From assembly GCF_030389965.1 (NCBI RefSeq), contig NZ_CP128399.1, positions 2,670,799 to 2,702,798 of the forward strand: a stretch of 32,000 bases of DNA, written 5' to 3'. Made by a program: the position numbers and the translations under genes. Source of the stretch: Candidatus Chlorohelix allophototropha (GTDB taxonomy: Bacteria > Chloroflexota > Chloroflexia > Chloroheliales > Chloroheliaceae). Positions within the stretch are counted from its first letter, which is position 1. Each line of letters begins with the position of its first letter. This document shows positions 1 through 7,898 of this stretch, piece after piece. A model generated the notes under the pieces. The model did no database searches and had not been told where the DNA came from. It saw only the letters and a list, made by a program, of their open reading frames with translations.

Positions 1-1835
1 CGCTCGGTAAATTCGGGGGATTGGGTGCGCTATTGGTGCTGTTGTTATTGGCAACTACACGCGCGGTTTTACTTCGAAAAAGCGTTTATCTCGACCTAGC
101 AATTTTTTGCGGAGTGGGCGCAATATGGGTAGCGATTAATACCGAGGCACAAGCAGCCTTCCCCCCGCCGCCTACCACAGTTATTCAGTGGGAAAACCTT
201 TTATTCAGTCTTTTCTGGTTATCGCTCTTTTTAGGCAGTACCGCAATTAGCTTAAGCCTGTTGCCAAAAGCGCGTTGGGTGGCAAGCTCATTCTGGCGTT
301 GGTCGCTTGCCTGTAGCAGCAGTGGATTCGGATTAGGTTTTTTCTTCGGGCAGAGCGAGATTGCTATATTTTGCGGAATAGCCTTACTGATTGGGTTGGG
401 ACTGACAAGCTATTTCAAGTTGAGACATAGCACAAACAAAAGGTTGGCATTGATAAGGCAAGGGCTGATACAGTTTGGCGGAATAATCCTGATAATCTTC
501 AGCCTTGCAATTGCCTTTATAGCCGTATCTGAGCAACTCGAAGCGGTTTTACTGCGCAATACGCTGGAACGTTACGCCCAAAAGGGCTGGTGGTGGGCTT
601 TCGGGGAAGACCGTTTCCCAGAACAGCGCGGTCTTAAGATTGACCCGAAACCAACAGGAGCATTGACCGGGTTAATTACCGATTTACAGGGCAAACCAAT
701 CGAGGGCGCGAACGTGGTACTGACCGATGCGGCAGGCTTTACCTTTACTACCGCCAGTGGCGCAGATGGACGCTACAATTTGCCCGGTGTTCAGGCTGGC
801 AACTATTTGCCGATGGTAGCGCGGGCAGGGTATCTTGACGCGGTTTCCACTTCCAATAGCCCTTTCGGACACTGGCGGATGGTGGCTACCGTGCGCTGGA
901 ACGCCATCACTTCCAACGTGGATTTTGTAATGCAACCGCGCGAGGAGTATCGAATACAACCCGGTAACTCGCTTAAGCTAGAGGATTCCACCGAAACTTA
1001 CCGTGATAACCCTGTGCCAAGTCCAGCGTTAAGACGCATTTTCAGCTTTGAGAATAACGGGCTGACCAAAAGCGGGATAGTGTATGAGCCGATGCCCGAT
1101 AAAGGGGCAGGGCCGTTTCCTATTCTGTTAATCGTATATCCCGGTGCGGCAAATGCTTGGGAAGGAGTTTCAATACCACTGGCAGCGCAAGGCTTTGTGG
1201 TAATTGCCTACCAACCTGAGCTATTCGGTGAGCATCCCGAACGCGGTTTGAACCTACGCGGTGATGTGAACGATATGTTGCAAATCTACAATTACGCCAA
1301 AGCGGGACAGTTCTCGACAAAAGGCGACCCGCAAAGAGTGGTCATAACCGGGGGTAGCGTTTCCACCGTCTATACCTACTTGCTATTGCGCGAGATTGAA
1401 AATAGCGCTCCCGCTGAGAAAGCAGCCGTAAAAGGGGCAATCAAATACGGGGGGCTGGCTGATTTATACCGCTACCACTACGATTGGGACAGAGGCGCAC
1501 TTTATATTGATCCCGGTATTCAGGATTTGGAAAGCCTGTTGATTGCCTTTGGACGACCTGATTTGCGCCCGGAAATATACATGCTTTTCAGCCCGGTCTA
1601 TCACCTGCAACAGGGTTCGTTGCCACCCTTGCTGGTAGTACATACCAGCAAAGATACCATCGTTCCGGTGATCCAGACTGAAATTCTAGCGCAAATTATG
1701 GAAAAGCTTAATGTGCAGCATAAGCTCTTGATTTATAAAGACATTGAGCATTATCTGGATACCAGCAAACGAGACCCCGCCCAACTGGACATGCTAAACC
1801 AGACTATCGACTTCCTGAAACAGGTCACCAATTAA
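1..1835 (+). CDS. Membrane-anchored alpha/beta-hydrolase (S9/dienelactone-hydrolase-like) with a carboxypeptidase-regulatory-like beta-sandwich; probably 5'-truncated by the window edge
   Basis: ORF 21..1835 stays open in frame back to nt 3. It has no ATG in the first ~260 codons (the track start is TTG), so the true start probably lies upstream of the window. The N-terminal ~190 aa are hydrophobic and multi-pass. 'LTGLITDLQGKPIEGANVVLTDAAGFTFTTASGADGRYNLPGVQAGNY' is a CarboxypepD_reg-type motif. The C-terminal hydrolase part has 'VVITGGSVST' (nucleophile elbow-like), 'HTSKDTIVP' and 'DIEHY' as a candidate Ser/Asp/His triad. Confidence 0.6.
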   Translation, partial: LGKFGGLGALLVLLLLATTRAVLLRKSVYLDLAIFCGVGAIWVAINTEAQAAFPPPPTTVIQWENLLFSLFWLSLFLGSTAISLSLLPKARWVASSFWRWSLACSSSGFGLGFFFGQSEIAIFCGIALLIGLGLTSYFKLRHSTNKRLALIRQGLIQFGGIILIIFSLAIAFIAVSEQLEAVLLRNTLERYAQKGWWWAFGEDRFPEQRGLKIDPKPTGALTGLITDLQGKPIEGANVVLTDAAGFTFTTASGADGRYNLPGVQAGNYLPMVARAGYLDAVSTSNSPFGHWRMVATVRWNAITSNVDFVMQPREEYRIQPGNSLKLEDSTETYRDNPVPSPALRRIFSFENNGLTKSGIVYEPMPDKGAGPFPILLIVYPGAANAWEGVSIPLAAQGFVVIAYQPELFGEHPERGLNLRGDVNDMLQIYNYAKAGQFSTKGDPQRVVITGGSVSTVYTYLLLREIENSAPAEKAAVKGAIKYGGLADLYRYHYDWDRGALYIDPGIQDLESLLIAFGRPDLRPEIYMLFSPVYHLQQGSLPPLLVVHTSKDTIVPVIQTEILAQIMEKLNVQHKLLIYKDIEHYLDTSKRDPAQLDMLNQTIDFLKQVTN

Positions 1836-1860
1836 AAAGGGATGCGTTTGTTGCATCCCT
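1834..1860 (-). terminator. Rho-independent terminator between convergent genes; the T-run is on the minus strand, so it serves the iorB-like gene
   Basis: Stem agggatgc (1838-1845) pairs with gcatccct (1853-1860) around a 7-nt loop. The A-run 1834-1837 gives a T-run after the hairpin on the minus strand. Confidence 0.5.
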
Positions 1861-1869
1861 TCCGATTAG

Positions 1870-3774
1870 TTAAGCTTTAGTGGAAAGTGTTTTGGCTTTT
1901 GGTTCGAGACCCTTAATTATCTCAGGGATAGGCGTGTTATTCTTAAACTCGCCCAACGCCCAATCAGCCAATTGCTCCGCCCAACCGCTGCCCCGGTCGT
2001 CCTGCGCCACCAAACGTAAGGCGCGTTTTCCCAACGCAAGAGTGAGCGGATAAGCTGATTCCTCATTCCCGGTTTTGCATTTAGATTCTACCTTGATTGA
2101 AACCTCTAACACCTTTATAACAAAGCGGTCGTGCGCTTCAAACATCTTGCGGCGAGTATCGCCATAGCCTTTTACTAGCCTGCCGCTTTCCACCACCAAC
2201 ATTGCTAGTTCATAATCCAGCAAGGCAAATTTCTCTACATCGCGCGTGAAATTGCCTATTTGTTTCCACTCGCGGTTAGCGCGATGCGAAACCGGACGCA
2301 GAGGCTTGAACCAAGTCAGGAAAGCAAACGTTAGGTAACCGCTAAAAGTGTTGGGCTGTGGGTGTAATTGCAAGGTGAAATATTTCTTTTCAGCCCAAGT
2401 CCCAATCCCGGTGAGCTTACCTAACAATAGCATTGGGCTGACCAATGCGTTTGGAAATATCCCATAAATTTCAGGTGCATCCGGTTTCAGGTAATCAGTC
2501 AACACCAGCACTTGCCCATCCGCGACCTTCATCTCCTGCCGGATGCGGCTAAAGCGACCATGCTGAATTTTAAGGCTTGCCACCCGCACTGCATCCTCAT
2601 AAGTAGTACGCATAGACAGTACACGTGCGTAGGCTTCGGTAAGTTTCCATGCGTGAGTTTCACTATCCAGCTTAAAAACTCGCGCTACTTCTTTCAGATA
2701 GCGACGAGCGTAAGCTAAATTCTGGTAATCAGCGCACTGGTAAGCCGCTTCAATCAACGCCCAGTGCAGTTTTTCAGGGAATTGCGCCTGAATCTCCGCT
2801 GTCAAAGCGCGAAAATCAGCTTTCCATTTTAGCGGCAACTCGTTGCTGTGCCGTTCTATTAGTGCCGCTACATCTTTCTTTTCAGCCCGGTTGCCCGAAG
2901 AATGAGCGACAGGGATCAAGTTGATAGTGCGGCGCGGTTTGGCAGGAACAGGTTCACCGCTATCCGCCGCGCCATTAGCATTAAAGAGCGGTTTGGGAAG
3001 CGCGGCTAGCGAACGAGGCAAAGGGTCTTGTGCCGGTTCCGGTTTGGCTTGGGTAGCGTTAGCCTCACGTTGTAATTCTTCGATTTGATAGCTACGCCCA
3101 ACCTCAAAGGCTTTCAGGTTCATCTCCACCGCCAGTCCGAATTGTTGGATGGCGTTGCGATATGCCTCTACCGGGATTGGCAGCACACCGGGCAAAACCG
3201 ATAGTGCCCCTAACATAAGGGCGTTAGAGGAGAGGTCGCCCAAGCCATGCTGCCGGGCGATTTGCGGAACATCAATTATCGAATATGCTCCCGACATTTG
3301 CGCTACCGCTTCAACTATTTTTTCGGTGGGATAGCGCCCATCAAAAGCGGGCATTTTCTCGCTGGTAGTATAAAAACGCTGGCTATTGGCAACTACGGTC
3401 GTGCGCTTGCTGGCATAACCCTGTTGCACCAACCGCCCCAGTTCCAGCAATTCCTGACCAAGCAGCACATCCACCATGCCGGGGAAAGGGTGTTGCCCGA
3501 ATACTGCTTTCTCCAATTCGGCAATAGGATTCTCTATCTTGTTATTCTCCGGCAACGAGGCGATTTCCATGTAATAGCTGGTAGCCCCGCCACGTTGGGA
3601 AAGACCCGGCAGCGAAACCGACTGAGCGCGAAAACCGCTCAAATCGGCGGCAAGAAATAGCCATTCTACCAACACATTGCCGCCCTGCCCACCGATAGCC
3701 CCCACCAGAATCGTGGTAATCTGGATGGTGGGTTTATACCTTAAACGCTCTATTTGGGTTACATCCTGAAGCAT
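1870..3774 (-). CDS. iorB: Indolepyruvate/2-oxoacid:ferredoxin oxidoreductase beta (IorB-type) subunit with a long C-terminal extension
   Basis: The N-terminal ~190 aa resemble the IorB/gamma-type domain ('ILVGAIGGQGGNVLVEWL' glycine loop). A Pro/Ala-rich low-complexity linker follows ('AKPEPAQDPLPRSLAALPKP...PVPAKPRR'), then a ~330-aa C-terminal region. SD AAGGAAGGA lies upstream of ATG 3774. The gene starts 24 nt after the iorA stop on the same strand. Confidence 0.7.
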   Translation of the reverse strand: MLQDVTQIERLRYKPTIQITTILVGAIGGQGGNVLVEWLFLAADLSGFRAQSVSLPGLSQRGGATSYYMEIASLPENNKIENPIAELEKAVFGQHPFPGMVDVLLGQELLELGRLVQQGYASKRTTVVANSQRFYTTSEKMPAFDGRYPTEKIVEAVAQMSGAYSIIDVPQIARQHGLGDLSSNALMLGALSVLPGVLPIPVEAYRNAIQQFGLAVEMNLKAFEVGRSYQIEELQREANATQAKPEPAQDPLPRSLAALPKPLFNANGAADSGEPVPAKPRRTINLIPVAHSSGNRAEKKDVAALIERHSNELPLKWKADFRALTAEIQAQFPEKLHWALIEAAYQCADYQNLAYARRYLKEVARVFKLDSETHAWKLTEAYARVLSMRTTYEDAVRVASLKIQHGRFSRIRQEMKVADGQVLVLTDYLKPDAPEIYGIFPNALVSPMLLLGKLTGIGTWAEKKYFTLQLHPQPNTFSGYLTFAFLTWFKPLRPVSHRANREWKQIGNFTRDVEKFALLDYELAMLVVESGRLVKGYGDTRRKMFEAHDRFVIKVLEVSIKVESKCKTGNEESAYPLTLALGKRALRLVAQDDRGSGWAEQLADWALGEFKNNTPIPEIIKGLEPKAKTLSTKA

Positions 3775-3798
3775 CTTATTTATCCTTCCTTATGAGCT

Positions 3799-5934
3799 TT
3801 ATACTTCTGCTCCAAAAACCAGCTTTATCAATTTCTGATTGACTTTCTGTTTGAGCCGTTCCAGCCGAGAAGGATTAGTGACCACTTTCGCCTCATAGAA
3901 GGAAGGACATAACACGGCGGCGTGTGCTACTTCTCCACACAAACCGCAACCGACACATGTATTGCTGATAGTAGCGATAGGGTCAGCGCGCAAGGGGTTG
4001 GGATTATCCTTTATGGTCAGTGAAGGGCAGCCGTTCACGCGAATACAGCTATGGTCGCCGGTACAAACCGCGTCATCTATCCCAAAACGCGATTGCTCAA
4101 CCCGCTTGCCCTCATCCAACCGCTCTTTCTTTTCCACCTTTTCGTGGCGTTGTCGCTCTAGCATACATTCGCCCACCGAGCGAATGACCTTTAACTCCGA
4201 TTCTTCGCTGGAGAAAGCCTTGTCCAGCACTTTTACCACTTCGCCCACTTTGTAGGGGTTTACCTCCACCACATTTTTAACCCCTGCCGCATGCAACGCC
4301 ATTTCAATGTCCATTGCTTTAAACTTTTCGTGACGGGCATTTTCTTCGGTGCCGGGGTTTTCCTGCTGTCCGGTCATAGAAGTCCAGCCGTTTTCAAAAA
4401 TAACCATTGTGGCATCTTGACTGTTAAAAGTGGCGTTGGCAATGCTGGTGGTTAGCCCGCTGTGCCAGAAAGTGCCATCTCCCAGAAATCCGACTGTTTT
4501 CTGCTCGGTCATTCGCGCCATTGCTCCGGCGCTGGCAAGCCCTGTGCCCATTCCGGTACAGGTATCGGTCATTTCAAAAGGCGCGTACATACCCATAATG
4601 TAACAGCCGATGTCTCCGGCATAATGCGGTAAGCCGTGCTTCTTCTCGGTCAATTTGAGAGCAGAAAAGATGGGACGCTCTGGGCAGCCAGTACAAAAGT
4701 GGGGCAAGCGTAAAGGCAAGCTATCTTCAAATACATTCGCCGCATCATGCAAGTGCTGTGCCAGTTCCGCAGCAATACCGGAGAAATACGTAGCGCCACC
4801 TGGATACACTTCTTTAGAAAGCCATGCAGTTACACTATTCAAAAGAACTGTCGGGGAATATTCCCCCGCTTCGGGCAATACGCCTTTGCCGAATATCTGC
4901 AAGTCGTGCAAGCGATGGCTCTGGGCAATCGCCCTGATTTGAGTTTCAAGGCTATCCGGCATGCCCTCTTCTACTATCAATACCTTTTCTTTATCGCGCA
5001 AAAACTCCACGATTTCTTCGGGAACCAGCGGGTGTATCACATTCAGGTTATAGATTGGGAAATTGCACTGCCCGGTATTATCGGCTTCGCCCAAAACCGT
5101 AAGCGTCCGCAGCAAGGTGTTATAAAGCATGCCCTGTGTAATAAAACCGATGCGTTCATTTTTGCCGGGGAAAAAGTCGTTCAGCTTATTCTCGCGGATA
5201 TAGCGACGGGCGGCAGGCATGCGCTCTTCAAATTTGCGTCTTTCCTGCACCTGACTATAAGGAGGTAAGGGGATTTTGGTCAGTTTATCTTCCCAGCGGG
5301 TTGCCTTGTGGTTCATATTGAACTGCGGAGTGGCATTATCTTCACAAACCAGCGAACCTTTCATGTTTCCAGTGCGAGTGCGGAAAAGATACATTGCGAT
5401 TGTGCCGCTCACTTCGCTCAACTCGAAGCCCTTTTTCACCATATCTGCCATAAGCTGAGAATCGGCACGGGGATCAATACATAAAAGACCCGATTTGTGA
5501 GCATAGGGTAAGGTCTTTTCGGCAACGCTAGTGCTGTTCAAACCATAATCTTCGCCTACGAACACCATTGCGCCCCCGATTAAGCCGGGTTGCGAAATAT
5601 GCGCCAGCGCGTCTGCACCTACGTTGTTGCCGACCACCTTCCAGTTTACGGCACCGCGCACGGGGTTATTGACCGAAGCCTGCAATAAAGCTGCTGCCGC
5701 TGCCTCATTTATCGAGCCTTCAACGTATACGCCGAGAGGTTTTAGAAATTCCTGATAACTGTCTGAAATTGCATCATAGAGGGAAGAGGTGGGCGCACCG
5801 GGGTAACCGCCGAGGTAACTAACACCGCTTTCAAGTAGCGCCTTTAGCACCACCACTGCCATGTCGCCCTTAAGCACCTGCCCCTTTCCGAAATTGAGTT
5901 GACGGAGGGTTTCAGTGGAAAAATTTCTGCCCAT
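3799..5934 (-). CDS. iorA: Indolepyruvate:ferredoxin oxidoreductase alpha subunit (TPP- and 4Fe-4S-binding)
   Basis: TPP-binding signature 'FLGDGTFWHSG...FENGWTSMTGQQ' and 'GDIGCY'. C-terminal Cys clusters 'CTGDHSCIRVNGCP' and 'CVGCGLCGEVAHAAVLCP'. AAGGAG SD ~8 nt upstream of ATG 5934. Confidence 0.85.
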   Translation of the reverse strand: MGRNFSTETLRQLNFGKGQVLKGDMAVVVLKALLESGVSYLGGYPGAPTSSLYDAISDSYQEFLKPLGVYVEGSINEAAAAALLQASVNNPVRGAVNWKVVGNNVGADALAHISQPGLIGGAMVFVGEDYGLNSTSVAEKTLPYAHKSGLLCIDPRADSQLMADMVKKGFELSEVSGTIAMYLFRTRTGNMKGSLVCEDNATPQFNMNHKATRWEDKLTKIPLPPYSQVQERRKFEERMPAARRYIRENKLNDFFPGKNERIGFITQGMLYNTLLRTLTVLGEADNTGQCNFPIYNLNVIHPLVPEEIVEFLRDKEKVLIVEEGMPDSLETQIRAIAQSHRLHDLQIFGKGVLPEAGEYSPTVLLNSVTAWLSKEVYPGGATYFSGIAAELAQHLHDAANVFEDSLPLRLPHFCTGCPERPIFSALKLTEKKHGLPHYAGDIGCYIMGMYAPFEMTDTCTGMGTGLASAGAMARMTEQKTVGFLGDGTFWHSGLTTSIANATFNSQDATMVIFENGWTSMTGQQENPGTEENARHEKFKAMDIEMALHAAGVKNVVEVNPYKVGEVVKVLDKAFSSEESELKVIRSVGECMLERQRHEKVEKKERLDEGKRVEQSRFGIDDAVCTGDHSCIRVNGCPSLTIKDNPNPLRADPIATISNTCVGCGLCGEVAHAAVLCPSFYEAKVVTNPSRLERLKQKVNQKLIKLVFGAEV

Positions 5935-6016
5935 TTACACTACTCCTTGATTCTCTCAAGACCACCTTGTCATGAGATTGGGCGATAAACTTGTTAAGTA
6001 AATCTCCAGAAAATGT

Positions 6017-6036
6017 TGTATTATATGAATAATACA
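6017..6036. promoter_or_regulatory. Perfect 8-4-8 palindrome, candidate operator in the iorA / Lrp-type regulator divergent intergenic region
   Basis: TGTATTAT-atga-ATAATACA, read directly at 6017..6036, in the AT-rich 240-bp gap between divergent genes. Confidence 0.4.
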
Positions 6037-6174
6037 TTAATGCTTGTATGTCAAGCAACTTTCCGACAATCTGACAAGTGTTATAGATAAATTCTATGCA
6101 AAGCGTCGCCACTTGAGCCTATTTTGTTGCATAGTTAATAAGCGAATAGTAGCGTTAGAAGTTTTGTAGGGGGA

Positions 6175-6813
6175 ATGGTAATGGCTGATAATTTTAACGG
6201 TAAGGAAAAATATCAAAATGAATTAAAATGGGGGCGTATGCCCGAAAGCTGGAGAGTAGGCGCACGCGAAGATGCCGGAATCGAATCGGCAGGGCAACCA
6301 CCGCTTGACCAGTTAGATACTGCCATTGCACGTGCCCTCGAAAAGGATAGTCGGATTAGCTTGCTGGAATTATCGCGGCAGCTTGGCACTTCTCGCACCA
6401 CCATCTCGGAACGACTAAATCGGCTGATTGAGCAAGGTGTCATCAAAGGTTTTCATGCTCGACTGGATTACCGAAGGCTTGGCTACCCGATAATTGCTTT
6501 TGTAGGGTTACAAACTTCGCAATCGCAAAAAGCGGTAGAAGTAATCGAGGCGTTAAAGCAAATACCCGAAGTGGAAGAACTGCACACTGTTACCGGGCAA
6601 ATCGATATGCTGGTTAAGTTGCGTGCGCGAAGCACCGAACATTTGCAGCACATCCTGATCTTCAAAATCCAATCTATCCCCGGCATCGGGCGCGGCGAGA
6701 CCATGCTGGCGCTTTCTTCACACCAAGAATGGGCGCCTATCGGTATCGCCCGTCAGCCTGAAACCGATATGAACGGCACAGAGTTTGTCTCGGATGAGGA
6801 AGCCGCGAAATAA
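6175..6813 (+). CDS. Lrp/AsnC-family transcriptional regulator (N- and C-terminally extended)
   Basis: wHTH 'LDQLDTAIARALEKDSRISLLELSRQLGTSRTTISERLNRLIEQGVIKGF' followed by an AsnC-type effector domain ('AFVGLQT...EVEELHTVTGQIDMLVKLRARS'). ATG 6181 is spaced better from the GGGGG run than ATG 6175, so the start is uncertain by 2 codons. Confidence 0.8.
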   Translation: MVMADNFNGKEKYQNELKWGRMPESWRVGAREDAGIESAGQPPLDQLDTAIARALEKDSRISLLELSRQLGTSRTTISERLNRLIEQGVIKGFHARLDYRRLGYPIIAFVGLQTSQSQKAVEVIEALKQIPEVEELHTVTGQIDMLVKLRARSTEHLQHILIFKIQSIPGIGRGETMLALSSHQEWAPIGIARQPETDMNGTEFVSDEEAAK

Positions 6814-6821
6814 CGGGATAT

Positions 6822-7301
6822 TCAATCTTTAAGAGTCTGCAATAACCGGGCAGCCTCTTCCCTGATTCCAGAGTCAATGTGGGTTCGAGCCATCTTTAGC
6901 GGCGCAATGGCGCGCCTATCTCCCATACGCCCCAATGCAATAGCTGCATCGTAATAAGCCCCATCTGCCGGGTCATGCAAGACCGCCAGAAGTGCGGATG
7001 AAGCATGCACATCCGCAATCTGCCCCAACGCCCACACCACAACCCGGCGTGGAGCAGTATCATGCTTATCCACGCTAGTCAGCAATTTCACCAGATAACT
7101 TACTGCCAGCGGGTCACCAATCTGACCGAGCGCCGCCGCCGCAGTAAAGCGCACATTCGGTACACTATCTTTCAGCAACTCGATGAGATACGAAACGGCG
7201 CGCTCATCCCGCATCCGTCCAAGGGCAGAGGCGGCTTGTCGGCGCTTTTCAGGGTCATAGTCGTGCAAAGAACTTATAAGAGTGTCAAATTGATCGTTCA
7301 T
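6822..7301 (-). CDS. HEAT-repeat (PBS-lyase HEAT-like) protein
   Basis: Repeated 'AA.ALG.(I/M)GD..A(V/I)..L..LL.D....VR' units, e.g. 'RRQAASALGRMRDERAVSYLIELLKDSVPNVRFTAAAALGQIGDPLAVSYLVKLL'. Confidence 0.75.
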   Translation of the reverse strand: MNDQFDTLISSLHDYDPEKRRQAASALGRMRDERAVSYLIELLKDSVPNVRFTAAAALGQIGDPLAVSYLVKLLTSVDKHDTAPRRVVVWALGQIADVHASSALLAVLHDPADGAYYDAAIALGRMGDRRAIAPLKMARTHIDSGIREEAARLLQTLKD

Positions 7302-7409
7302 AGGATAGCTGCCAGTATTAGAAACCTTGTAGTGTTTTTAAAGTTAGGTCAATTTTATAGCGATTCGAGGTTTTTATCAATCCTTTTAAAGGAAGAGGCT
7401 GAAGGAATT

Positions 7410-7898
7410 TCAGGGAAGGTGCTCTTGCTCGATTTCTACGCCCAGATAGCGGGTTTCTAGCGAGTCGGAGGAAATATCATCCCAAAAGCGATCTTTCAAA
7501 TAGGTGGGATAGACCGGGAGGTTTACTAATTCGTGGGCATGGAACCAACGGGTGTGCCTTTCCAATTGTTGCGGGTCGGTAACATCTGCAATAGTGGTGG
7601 CGCTCAGTTCACCCGTAAAGCGGCTGATTAGAAAAGCTAACTCAAGATGGTGGCGATGGCGGCTTGGTTCAATAAATTCTCTGAAATATAAAAGCCGACC
7701 TTCGGTTTCTACTTCAAGCCCTGTTTCTTCTCGAAATTCTCGGCGCAACGCCTCAAAAACCGATTTGTCCTGTGATTCTTGCCCACCGCCCGGTAATGTC
7801 CAGAATTCTTCGTGGCTATCGGGAGTATGCTCGTGTACCAGCAAAAGCCTGTTCGCCGCATCAAGCATGACTCCGGCTACTCTGATACGATAATTCAA
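7410..7898 (-). CDS. NUDIX hydrolase
   Basis: Nudix box 'GGGQESQDKSVFEALRREFREETGLE' (GX5EX7REUXEEXGU). The TTG start overlaps the upstream gene's TGA stop (TTGA, 7895-7898). Confidence 0.8.
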   Translation of the reverse strand: MNYRIRVAGVMLDAANRLLLVHEHTPDSHEEFWTLPGGGQESQDKSVFEALRREFREETGLEVETEGRLLYFREFIEPSRHRHHLELAFLISRFTGELSATTIADVTDPQQLERHTRWFHAHELVNLPVYPTYLKDRFWDDISSDSLETRYLGVEIEQEHLP

